DNA from: a virus | Lineage: Duplodnaviria; Caudoviricetes | Direction: 5' to 3' (one strand) | Length of the DNA stretch: 31,595 nt | Virus record (IMG/VR): IMGVR_UViG_3300020045_003765 | Location: 1-31,595 of that record | Shown: positions 7,297-15,841 of the stretch, piece after piece | Position numbering within the stretch: the first letter of the stretch is position 1 | How the letters are laid out: every line of letters begins with the position of its first letter | The notes under the pieces: model-generated | The model's database searches: none | What the model saw: only the letters and a program-made list of their open reading frames with translations | Told to the model about the DNA's origin: nothing | Translations under genes and position numbers: made by a program

Positions 7297-8316
7297 TTAT
7301 TTCTCTTTAAGCAAGTACGAATTACTGATTGCTTTCATGCTGAACTGTGAGGTATTACTTTTGAAGACCAAACCCTCCCGCTTCACCTGTGGATTCATGC
7401 CTTCGCCTTCTGCCATTGCAAGTAGTTCATCAACAGTGTGATCCAACACAAAGTTGCTGTCAAGCACTTTAACGTGAGGGATGCTAAGTTCTTTGCACAA
7501 AGCACGGCGAACCTCTGGCAGCAAATACTCCTGTGCGTCAATGTCAAAGATACTGAAGCAATGAAACTCCGGCTTAGTAACCTTCTCGTAGTTGCTCTGG
7601 ATATTAGGCGCAATCAGCTCCCCTTGCACAGCAATGTTACGTCCTGCAATCTTCTCCAACAGTTGATCCTTACGGGCAATAGCCCAGAACGCGTTACCTT
7701 CATCTTCCTTTAGTTCAATGTTACGGGAGCATACACCCTCGGAACCGTTGAAATGGTACGCCGTGAGACTGCTGCCATCAATCTTGATTGTCACCTCAAA
7801 GGCTTCACCCTTGCGTTCTGCAATCTCGCGAGACAGGTTTTGACACCTCTCCTGATCTGTCTTCCGCAGGAAGTGTGGGAAGTTACCCTTGGCACTGGAG
7901 CATGTGCCAGCAAGCTCTTGGCGTTCCCATTTAACGATGCCGAGGAACCCCGTTACATCAAACCCTTCCTCTGGGGAGCACACATACTGGTTATGCCAGT
8001 CATCGTTATTCACAACAGACAGCGGAAGCAGTAAACCCTGCGAGAGTTGCCCACGCAGCTTTACAGTGCGAAGCCGCTCCCCTTGAATACCTTCATATTC
8101 CTTAGGAAAGTGTCTTGCTTTTGTAAGGAAGCCTGCCACAGCAGTTGGCACCCACGCATCAATTTCTACATACACGGCCAAGTCATTAACCTCGTATTCT
8201 CCCTTCTTCACAACCACGCGCCAACCGCCTACGCGAGCACATTCAATGGCGTCTGCGTCAAGGATTGGTGTAATTTCATCAATACGTTTGACTACTGCAA
8301 GTTTTCGTTCTGTCAT
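7297..8316 (-). CDS. ATP-dependent RNA ligase (DRB0094-like, N-terminal OB domain)
   Basis: Motif I KIDGSS, SRN, QGEL, FSIFD, EGLVFK, KAISNSYL; N-terminal PILDADAIE...GGWRVVVKKGE. Confidence 0.9.
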   Translation of the reverse strand: MTERKLAVVKRIDEITPILDADAIECARVGGWRVVVKKGEYEVNDLAVYVEIDAWVPTAVAGFLTKARHFPKEYEGIQGERLRTVKLRGQLSQGLLLPLSVVNNDDWHNQYVCSPEEGFDVTGFLGIVKWERQELAGTCSSAKGNFPHFLRKTDQERCQNLSREIAERKGEAFEVTIKIDGSSLTAYHFNGSEGVCSRNIELKEDEGNAFWAIARKDQLLEKIAGRNIAVQGELIAPNIQSNYEKVTKPEFHCFSIFDIDAQEYLLPEVRRALCKELSIPHVKVLDSNFVLDHTVDELLAMAEGEGMNPQVKREGLVFKSNTSQFSMKAISNSYLLKEK

Positions 8317-8317
8317 T

Positions 8318-8749
8318 TCATTCCCCCTTCAAAGGTTCTCGATAGTAACGATACCAAGCCCGTTTAAGGGCAATCTTCTCTGCAATTCGTTGCCGAATGA
8401 TAGCATAAGCTTTATCATCTGGCAAGTAATCTTGCTGAAGACATTTGTGCTGCTCGAAGATCCCTTCGCTATCGAACACAACGTCGTCAGGGATGTTATA
8501 GCCACGCTTGATAAGCTCTGAACGGAGTTCATCGAAGCGTTTGCTTAGGTAATGCCCCTTGTTCATAAAGAAAAGTACATGACCTGTGTTCAGGGTGAAC
8601 TCTTTAGGGATAGCCTTGATCACACCTTGCAGGCCACGAGCTTTCAAGCTGCGCTTGAGGGAAGCTGGGACGTGGCGGATTTCGCGGTACTCAGCATACA
8701 AATGCTGGTCGGCTAGTTCTGTAACAGGGACGATGTTTACGCGAGTAAT
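8318..8749 (-). CDS. denV: Pyrimidine-dimer DNA glycosylase/AP lyase (T4 endonuclease V-like), apparent ATT start
   Basis: In-frame extension of the ORF-track call gives (M)TRVNIVPVTELADQHLYAEYREI, matching the DenV N-terminus; also FTLNTGHVLFF, ELIKRGY, WYRYY; AAGGAG SD 7 nt before ATT. Confidence 0.9.
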   Translation of the reverse strand: MTRVNIVPVTELADQHLYAEYREIRHVPASLKRSLKARGLQGVIKAIPKEFTLNTGHVLFFMNKGHYLSKRFDELRSELIKRGYNIPDDVVFDSEGIFEQHKCLQQDYLPDDKAYAIIRQRIAEKIALKRAWYRYYREPLKGE

Positions 8750-8760
8750 GATAGTTCTCC

Positions 8761-9093
8761 TTATCCTGCGTTATACTTCAACATTACTTTCAGCAGCTTC
8801 TTACGTAAGCGGCTTCCAAGCAGAACATAACAGGTGTGCTTATAAAAACTGCAAGTCTCTGTAGCTATACATTCGGAATCAGCTACATAAGTGCTGTCAG
8901 AATCAAGCATTTTTGTAGGCAGAGGCTTATTTGCGTAAAACTCTAGGGTAGCCCCATACTGACCCTGCAGTGCCCCTGTATAGTAACTAATCTCTGTGGC
9001 AACCTCGGCGGTAAAGCTGTGGAACAGGCAGGGAGTACCAAAATACTCTGTGAGTGTCCGGTTAAGGGCTACTACGATGTTGCTGTCTTTCAT
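8761..9093 (-). CDS. Hypothetical protein
   Basis: 110 aa; AGGAGGA SD; follows a promoter. Confidence 0.75.
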   Translation of the reverse strand: MKDSNIVVALNRTLTEYFGTPCLFHSFTAEVATEISYYTGALQGQYGATLEFYANKPLPTKMLDSDSTYVADSECIATETCSFYKHTCYVLLGSRLRKKLLKVMLKYNAG

Positions 9094-9122
9094 GTGTTCC
9101 TCCTACGTTAGCCAAGGTAGCC

Positions 9123-9151
9123 ATTATTGCACAGGGGGTTGGGGAAGTCAA
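9123..9151 (-). promoter_or_regulatory. Sigma70-type promoter
   Basis: TTGACT-17 nt-AATAAT with TG extension. Confidence 0.65.
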
Positions 9152-9158
9152 GGCTATT

Positions 9159-9797
9159 TCAGACAACCGCCCCAATCGCAATAGCCCTATCCTCGGCAGT
9201 GTCATACCTACTAGGAAGTGATTGGGCAGTAACAAACTTCTCGTACCGTCTTGCAATAGCTTCCCGTAAGCACTGGCTATTCTTCTCCGCTTGCCAAATA
9301 AACTCTGATAAATAGCCGCTTGCAACAATACTCTCAAGGGTTTCGACGGTTATCCAGTCATTCCTTGGAATTGTTTGTTCTATACACATTCCGACGATTA
9401 TTGGTTGTGCCTGTGCAACTAGCGTATTTAATCGCTCAATTGATTCCCTTTCAGCAGAAGTCTTTGCCCAATAATCCTTCCGCTCATCTACATAACGGCT
9501 ATCAAAACCCATGTCCTCGAATAGAAGAGCACCGAGTTCCGTCCTATATTCATCCCCATCGTCTGCTAGGCGTTGGATTTTATTTCGGTTCAGCTTCGGG
9601 GAGAGTTCAAAAATAAGGGACATCTCCACAGCCTCTATAATGTCTATCGGGACAATAGCGGCTTCGACACGATCAAACAACTTGTCCCGCTTGTGGTCAC
9701 TGATCCGGCTTTTAAGATTAGTTGTCTTTCCAATGTAGGCCAACTCCCCTTCATACCACAACTTATAAATATACCCTTCAGACATTCTACGCAACAT
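9159..9797 (-). CDS. GIY-YIG nuclease domain protein
   Basis: GYIYKL...AYIGKTTNLKSRISDH...E...PKLN at the N-terminus. Confidence 0.85.
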   Translation of the reverse strand: MLRRMSEGYIYKLWYEGELAYIGKTTNLKSRISDHKRDKLFDRVEAAIVPIDIIEAVEMSLIFELSPKLNRNKIQRLADDGDEYRTELGALLFEDMGFDSRYVDERKDYWAKTSAERESIERLNTLVAQAQPIIVGMCIEQTIPRNDWITVETLESIVASGYLSEFIWQAEKNSQCLREAIARRYEKFVTAQSLPSRYDTAEDRAIAIGAVV

Positions 9798-10008
9798 TTT
9801 GGTTTTCCTCTAACTCTAGTTTAATCTGCTCGGCCATTGCGAGCACTCTGTACTTCTTAGCCAACTTCCTAGCATACTCAATTCTTTTTGCTGTTTCCAA
9901 ATCTCCCTTCCGTCTATGATAACGGATTGCAGCCATAGTATGCTGTCGTGGAACTTTGGCAATATGCCAAGCTAGTTCTTCAATCGTTGCTGTTGCCCAA
10001 CTAAACAT
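9787..10008 (-). CDS. Small basic hypothetical protein, first gene of the leftward arm
   Basis: 73 aa; AGGAG SD; directly after a consensus promoter. Confidence 0.75.
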   Translation of the reverse strand: MFSWATATIEELAWHIAKVPRQHTMAAIRYHRRKGDLETAKRIEYARKLAKKYRVLAMAEQIKLELEENQNVA

Positions 10009-10039
10009 TCTTTACTCCTATGTAAAGCTTATAATAGAC

Positions 10040-10068
10040 ATTATAACATATATAAAGTGTGAAGTCAA
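10040..10068 (-). promoter_or_regulatory. Near-consensus sigma70 promoter (leftward)
   Basis: TTGACT-17 nt-TATAAT with TG extension; AT-rich upstream. Confidence 0.85.
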
Positions 10069-10096
10069 CATCTGACGATTATTTATTTATAAGGAC

Positions 10097-10125
10097 TTGA
10101 CATTGAAGCTTTTGTATGAGACAAT
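10097..10125 (+). promoter_or_regulatory. Sigma70-type promoter (rightward, divergent)
   Basis: TTGACA-17 nt-GACAAT with TG extension. Confidence 0.7.
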
Positions 10126-10130
10126 GCCGT

Positions 10131-10501
10131 TATACATGGAACGAAGTTTGTTCATCTTTGCTAACAGGGGGTGTGGTAATCAGTCCACACAGCAAAGCAA
10201 GCTCATCAGAAACCTCAAAGGATAATGATTTAGTTTGGTGGCTTCCTACTCTCACTGGAACAAGTTACTCGGGATACAGGCCTAGTAGAATCACTTAAAA
10301 ACCAGCTTGGGGGTAGGGGGCTACTATCTAAATTTCCTAAAGGATTTATACTTCAAAGGCTTATAAGTATACTGTAAGGTGTACGTTGATAAGTAATACA
10401 CTCTCCTACCGAGACGGAGAGAAGAATAGAGAAACAAAGAAAAGAAGGTGTTGCCATTCGCCATAGCCCGACATTCCCTAGCCGGAGTGCTCGGGCTTTT
10501 T
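10131..10501 (+). ncRNA. Candidate structured non-coding RNA
   Basis: Bounded by a promoter and terminator; no credible ORF; 19-bp helix 10236-10254/10308-10326 with 6 G-U pairs; several more hairpins. Confidence 0.55.
10465..10501 (+). terminator. Intrinsic terminator
   Basis: AGCCCGA-CATTCC...GGAGTG-C-TCGGGCT followed by a T run. Confidence 0.75.
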
Positions 10502-10529
10502 GCTATTGAAAATAAACATTAACAATCTC

Positions 10530-10558
10530 TTGCAATTGGCATCTTTCTGTGGTATACT
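10530..10558 (+). promoter_or_regulatory. Sigma70-type promoter for the accessory operon
   Basis: TTGCAA-17 nt-TATACT with TG extension. Confidence 0.75.
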
Positions 10559-10669
10559 TAGAGTCTAGAATTCTACTTCCTACCCAGCCCTCTTGGTCGC
10601 TCCAGAGGGCTTGAATTCTAGCTCCCAAACATGTCTCATAAACAGAGACCCTTTGCAAAGGAATGAAGT

Positions 10670-10942
10670 ATGGCAGATACGCTCAACGATATTACTATAC
10701 CCAGCACGTCTTGGGTTTCAGCTAACACACTTACAGGAATGGCTCTCGGCACGGCAATGACGATACAACCGAAGGGTGGAAACATCCTGATTAAAACAAT
10801 TGCTCTCCAGCCTGCCGCTTCAGACATGAACGGTATTGTGCTAGTACCCTTGGTTATGTACGCAGTGAGTAGCGGAGAGCAACAAGTGTGGCTAAAGTCT
10901 CTCAACTACTCCTCATCTGTCAGCGTACAACAAGGAGTATAA
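10670..10942 (+). CDS. Small beta-rich putative virion protein
   Basis: 90 aa; resembles the N-terminal domain of 12205..13026. Confidence 0.75.
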   Translation: MADTLNDITIPSTSWVSANTLTGMALGTAMTIQPKGGNILIKTIALQPAASDMNGIVLVPLVMYAVSSGEQQVWLKSLNYSSSVSVQQGV

Positions 10943-10943
10943 C

Positions 10944-12172
10944 ATGCCCATCTCTCCTAAAGGTATGGTGGTGGCGGTGGAACCTCACTAGGTTATATCC
11001 CTGCGACAGTTGAAGGAACTGAGGGCACATCAACCGGTATGTGGCGTCACGGGGATAACCGTGGCACAAAGAATGATATTGGTGTTCTAGCAATTGATCT
11101 GAGTTACTCCGAAGACAACGCTACCCAAAAAGGCGCCACTGGAACATATTCTGTGGCGGTGGGTATTAATACACTTGCGTCAGCCTACGCCGCTAATGTA
11201 GAGGGCTCTAACTGTCAAGCAACCGGCACATCTTCACACGCGGAGGGTAGTACAAATACTGCATCTGGTACAGCCTCTCACGTTGAAGGCTACAGCAACA
11301 TAGCGTCTGGGGCTTTCTCTCACGCAGGCGGAACAGGATGTACAGCATCAGGTCTATCGTCGTTTGCATCAGGAGATGGCTGCCAAGCCACAGCTAAGGG
11401 CAGCACAACGCTCGGAAGCGGTTGCACCACAGACACTACCTGCACAAATTCCCTTGTCGCGGGCGAGTCTGTCAACATCACGAGTAACTGCTATAGTGGT
11501 CTTTATACTGGAACTGGTAACACAGCGGCATCGAGCGCCACGGCAATGATTGGTGGCTTCACCAATACAGTGTCAGGTGCAACAGCCTCAGTTGTTTGTG
11601 GAAGCGAGAACTCTGTCACTGCTTCTGTGAAGGGAATTGTTGGAGGGACGACACACGTTGTTTCATCGACAACCTGCCCTCTCGTTGCAGGGTCAGGACA
11701 CACTGTTGCATCTGGCGGATTAGGCTTCTTTGCCATTGGCAAAAACTCCACAACCGCCGTCGCAGGCATCCAAGGCAGGGTTGGTATTGGTGCGAGCGCC
11801 GCTGCACAAGCGGACGGCGCTTTGTTCTACACGGATGGCACAGTAACACTTCCCACGAGCACTCCTGCGTTAAACTATTCCAGAGGTGCTAAAGCTATTG
11901 TCACCAAGGAACAATTGGACGACAGGTTTGAGTTTGGTACAGTGACTATTACCCCATCAGGTGCAAATACCCCTACAGCGCAAGCTGTGACTTTTGCTAA
12001 GACGTATACCACTCCCCCTTTCGTTTCCCTGACGCTGTTGAGTGCTGTTCCGGGGGGCACTGTCACTGGATATGCAATCTCTGCTGCCCCTACGACTACT
12101 GGCTTTAGTGCCGTAGTAACCCGTACAAACACCACCCAAACTGTTTTTCAGTGGATGGCAGTTAGAACCTAA
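10944..12172 (+). CDS. Fibre/adhesin-like protein with YadA-head-like repeats and a C-terminal lectin/gp53-like beta domain; frameshift near the 5' end
   Basis: Tandem ASG.SSHAEG repeats; C-terminal VTFAKTYTTPPFVSLT...GFSA...WMAV; SD-led ATG at 10944 is out of frame with the main ORF (open from 10961; ORF-track start 11039). Confidence 0.75.
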
Positions 12173-12204
12173 AAGATGAAATCAAATGGCTCAGGGAGAA
12201 TAAA

Positions 12205-13026
12205 ATGCCAGTAATACAAATCACTGACTCATCTCAGTGGATAAACATAAGCTCAGGAAGCGGCATTACAGGCTCTCTGGTGATTACAAACTGTTCAAGC
12301 CACCCTCTATATGCCATTGCCTCTGCAACGCAACCAGCGGCCTCTAGCCTAGGTGTATTGTGCAGAGAGTTTGAGGAAGTATTCCTACAGAACCCTAATG
12401 GCAACAGTATTTGGGTGAAGATGAGTCTCCCCGGCCCTGTGTTGGTACAGTCTGCTATAGGAGCCAGCGCTCAGTATTCTGTGTCTGCCCTGCCTCCTGC
12501 ACTGCTTACCTCTGGGCCGGAAGGGTATCAAAGACTGCGCGTAGATAATTCTGAGACTAGCTTCTTCTTAGGGCAATCTTTCAGAACATTCTTTGAATAC
12601 TCTCTTGCTGCAGGGGCTTCTCAGACATTCAGGTTTGATCGCTTGACAGACGTTATCATTCAAACGGTGGAAACGTCTGTAGAGGGCGGAAGCGTAAAAC
12701 TTGAGATTTACAGGGGTTCTACTCCGACAGGGACATGGAGTACCGCCCTACCAATCATTTCTAAAAATGAAATGACCACAGTGCCAGCCCCAGCGTATGT
12801 CTCTCAGGCTACTATCACCTCTGGAGGGACAATCTCTGGAGGAACTCTTAGGGATATTGTGCGCATTGTTGCACCTTCAGCCACAGCACAGCAGATTTCT
12901 ACAGGCAGTACATCGGATCATAACAGAGGTGTAGCTCCAACACCCTCTGGCTACTACCGACTTACTAATTTCGGCAACTCTCCTATTACTGGAGTATTTA
13001 AAATTGAATGGGAAGAGCGTCCATGA
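12205..13026 (+). CDS. Putative virion structural protein (two beta-rich domains)
   Basis: 273 aa Ser/Thr/Gly-rich; GGGAG SD; ends in aromatic WEE motif. Confidence 0.75.
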   Translation: MPVIQITDSSQWINISSGSGITGSLVITNCSSHPLYAIASATQPAASSLGVLCREFEEVFLQNPNGNSIWVKMSLPGPVLVQSAIGASAQYSVSALPPALLTSGPEGYQRLRVDNSETSFFLGQSFRTFFEYSLAAGASQTFRFDRLTDVIIQTVETSVEGGSVKLEIYRGSTPTGTWSTALPIISKNEMTTVPAPAYVSQATITSGGTISGGTLRDIVRIVAPSATAQQISTGSTSDHNRGVAPTPSGYYRLTNFGNSPITGVFKIEWEERP

Positions 13027-13337
13027 TTAAGATTACAAACGGGGGGCTTAAAGCTGCTGTTACAGCGGCAGTGGCTCTGATTGTTGCAGCAATTATGATT
13101 GATTGGAAATCATCGTCTGTGAAGGCTGTGGCTACAGAGCTTTTGTGGAAGATGTCTGCCATCTTCACTTTTGTAGCAAGTTTGCTTGGGGATACAGCTC
13201 ACGCAGGTATGCGCTACCTTAATGAAAACGCGTTGGGGGTAGGTGCAATCTGTACAATTTTGGGCCTGATTGCAAATATTTATTATATGCACAAGGCCAG
13301 CAAGAAACCTAAAGAATTCGCAGAAGGAGAGAACTAA
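13023..13337 (+). CDS. Membrane protein, holin-like (up to 3 TM)
   Basis: Start at ATG 13023 (ATGA overlap); hydrophobic segments; last TM followed by NIYY and a charged tail. Confidence 0.6.
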   Translation: MIKITNGGLKAAVTAAVALIVAAIMIDWKSSSVKAVATELLWKMSAIFTFVASLLGDTAHAGMRYLNENALGVGAICTILGLIANIYYMHKASKKPKEFAEGEN

Positions 13338-15841
13338 TGTCACAGGGCGCACAAATTCTAGATGTAAAATATGATACAGGTAAGGACAGGTTTTTCATTG
13401 CTGATAATGATGATATTCCTGCTGGGAGTATTGTTACGGCGAAAGTTAATGATGTCTCCGGGGGGGTTGAATTTAATGGCCCGGACGGGGCTCCTGTGCT
13501 GCAGAGTGCCTCCACGAAGCCTATTTTTGTTATGGGCGGTGACCACCCATACAGTCAGTGGTTTGGCACAGACGGGGCAGACGGGATGGCGGCAATGTAT
13601 CTTGACCGTGGCGTGCAGCCTTACATTGCCATTAACACAACGACTAGCGAAGAGCAGGACGCGTCTGGAATTAAATTAGACCCAGTCGGAGCGCCGAAAA
13701 GATTAACATATGCAAATTTACGAGAATTGCAGGACTTCGGGTGCGAAATCGTATCTCATGGTCACAGGCACCCAACTAGCTGGGAGCGACTGAATACCGG
13801 GATACGTATTCGTTACCTTGGCGCCGCTGGTGTTGCGACGGTTCATGTTGAAAATAGTTACATTACGCTAACGGGAGGGGGTGGCGCGGAGAATGCCCAG
13901 ATTACTTATGCCGCAAACTTGACGATTGCTGAGATTGTATCGAGCATAAACATGATGCCAAACTGGAGCGCAGTTATGGCCCCGGAGCTGACCGGAGATG
14001 AGCCTAGTAAATCGTTTCTGAGGACAAGCGCCGCTAGAAATGTAAAAGCTGCTACTAATAACCAATATTTCGCAGCCTCCGGCGGAATAGTTGTTGATTG
14101 GCAGCCGGGAACGGGAGGAGACTACAAAGAACGCAGATGCTCTCTTAGACGCACATCCTCCCCGGCGGCATTGAAGCTAATGATCGGCGGCGTGGTTAAG
14201 CTGACGATTGACCTGACTGTGACAACGACACTTTCCGGCGTAGTCGCCGCAATAAACGCGCTTGCAATAAGCGGACTCCGCTGTAATTTGACAAATAACG
14301 GCATTGAAAGTGTCTCTAGGGAGAACTATTTGCAGGGAGATGAGGCTTCAACAACTTTGCCGAGTGGGGGGAATGCGTCGAAATGGGAAGCGGGTCATCA
14401 GCGAGCGATTATCGTCTCTGGACTTGGGCAAATGTACTGCGTGCATCGTCAGTTGTCACGAAGTCACCAGTTGTTGAAAGCGGAAGGGTTGCGGGTGTCT
14501 CAGTTCGCGCAGTCTGGGGCGGAGTGTTCCTCTATTAATCTGGGGGCTATGACTGAATACCGTGGCGCTCGCGTAGATGTAGCCACGCTAAGCCCCATTG
14601 CACCGAGGGCAATGCCTACAGCGCTACTGGCTAAGGGTGACTGGTATCCGCATTTCGCTGCGCTATACGCAAGCTACCCAACAGTTGAGAGCCTGAATGC
14701 GGTAACCAGAGCACTTATCGACAGCGGCCCGTGGTATGTAAACATGCTATGTCACTCCGTCCTAGTTGATGGGACTAGTGGGTACGCCATCGAGAATACA
14801 GACATTACGCCCTATTACGATCAAACAGAAAGCAATCTAAACTTGTTCCTTCTGGACGTAAAATCAAAAATTGACGCGGGGGAGATTATTTGCCCTAAGC
14901 CATCTACAGCGCAGGACTTATTTCCAACAGCACGTATGCCAGGGAATATGCTGTTTAATCCGCGATTCCAGAACTCAGGGGCGGTTGCGGTAGGGGTATG
15001 GAATTCAGGAACAGGGGTTGGGTCAATGGGGACGATTGTACCGGGCTGGCATTTTGCCTCAAATTCGGCAGCATTTACATCCGTATCGCCAGTAGATGAC
15101 GGGCGGGGGGACGGGGCAGGGAAGATAAAATGGACAGGCACAGGGACCGCTGAGGGGTTGATGCTCGAATGCGCCACCCCACTTGAGCCCGGTGTTTATG
15201 AGTTTGGGATCTGCGTTGAGATGGATAATGCGGTATCCGCAGGAGGCGGATATGTAGAGGCTTACGCCCGTCCGAGTTGGGGCGCCTATAGCGCGACGAG
15301 GGGGAACAACGGCGGAGTTAAATCAAATCGCGTCACCGGAACAGGAGTTCATAATCTAACGCTCCGGGTGGTTGCAGAGCCCGCCCGCCGCGAGATGCCC
15401 GCTATTTTTGGGAAGGCAGGCCCGTATGATCTCAGCGTAAATAATCAAATCACTTTGCAGTTTGACGGTAAGGCCGCTACTACTGCAATCACAGTGTCTG
15501 GCGCGACACCCTCGGCTACTACGGCGGGCGAAGTCGCAGCGGCCATAAATAATGGGCTACAGGCAAGTTCTACATACGGGTACGCATATCGGAACTGCGC
15601 GAATGTTGAACAAGGGGTTGTTGTTGTAAGGGGGGTCGAGTTCTACAGCGACTACGTGACTCCCGGGGTAATAGTGGCAGGGAGCGCAACCTCTGCAGTG
15701 TTCGGGGCCGAGACTCTCGCGTTACCGGGTGCCGATTCGAATGACCCGGAGATTGTTACAACACAAATAGCAGTCTATGGGTACTTTCCCGGGAACGTCA
15801 CGCTGTATCAACCATATCTAAAGAAAGTGAGCGCATTGTGA
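13337..15841 (+). CDS. Large protein with a split polysaccharide deacetylase (CE4/NodB-like) domain and C-terminal beta domains
   Basis: LTYANLRELQDFGCEIVSHGHRH (H-x3-H metal motif), IFVMGGDH (motif 1 variant), NMLCHSV (motif 5); GNMLFNPRF CBM-like start. Confidence 0.75.
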   Translation: MSQGAQILDVKYDTGKDRFFIADNDDIPAGSIVTAKVNDVSGGVEFNGPDGAPVLQSASTKPIFVMGGDHPYSQWFGTDGADGMAAMYLDRGVQPYIAINTTTSEEQDASGIKLDPVGAPKRLTYANLRELQDFGCEIVSHGHRHPTSWERLNTGIRIRYLGAAGVATVHVENSYITLTGGGGAENAQITYAANLTIAEIVSSINMMPNWSAVMAPELTGDEPSKSFLRTSAARNVKAATNNQYFAASGGIVVDWQPGTGGDYKERRCSLRRTSSPAALKLMIGGVVKLTIDLTVTTTLSGVVAAINALAISGLRCNLTNNGIESVSRENYLQGDEASTTLPSGGNASKWEAGHQRAIIVSGLGQMYCVHRQLSRSHQLLKAEGLRVSQFAQSGAECSSINLGAMTEYRGARVDVATLSPIAPRAMPTALLAKGDWYPHFAALYASYPTVESLNAVTRALIDSGPWYVNMLCHSVLVDGTSGYAIENTDITPYYDQTESNLNLFLLDVKSKIDAGEIICPKPSTAQDLFPTARMPGNMLFNPRFQNSGAVAVGVWNSGTGVGSMGTIVPGWHFASNSAAFTSVSPVDDGRGDGAGKIKWTGTGTAEGLMLECATPLEPGVYEFGICVEMDNAVSAGGGYVEAYARPSWGAYSATRGNNGGVKSNRVTGTGVHNLTLRVVAEPARREMPAIFGKAGPYDLSVNNQITLQFDGKAATTAITVSGATPSATTAGEVAAAINNGLQASSTYGYAYRNCANVEQGVVVVRGVEFYSDYVTPGVIVAGSATSAVFGAETLALPGADSNDPEIVTTQIAVYGYFPGNVTLYQPYLKKVSAL

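Noticed and set aside
10116-10298. 60 aa ORF in the divergent region
   Set aside because: Its ATG lies inside the promoter, upstream of the predicted TSS, with no SD.
11180-11420. Periodic repeats as a CRISPR array or DGR template
   Set aside because: They are degenerate 14-residue protein repeats; no identical DNA repeats with spacers, and no reverse transcriptase or cas gene in the window.
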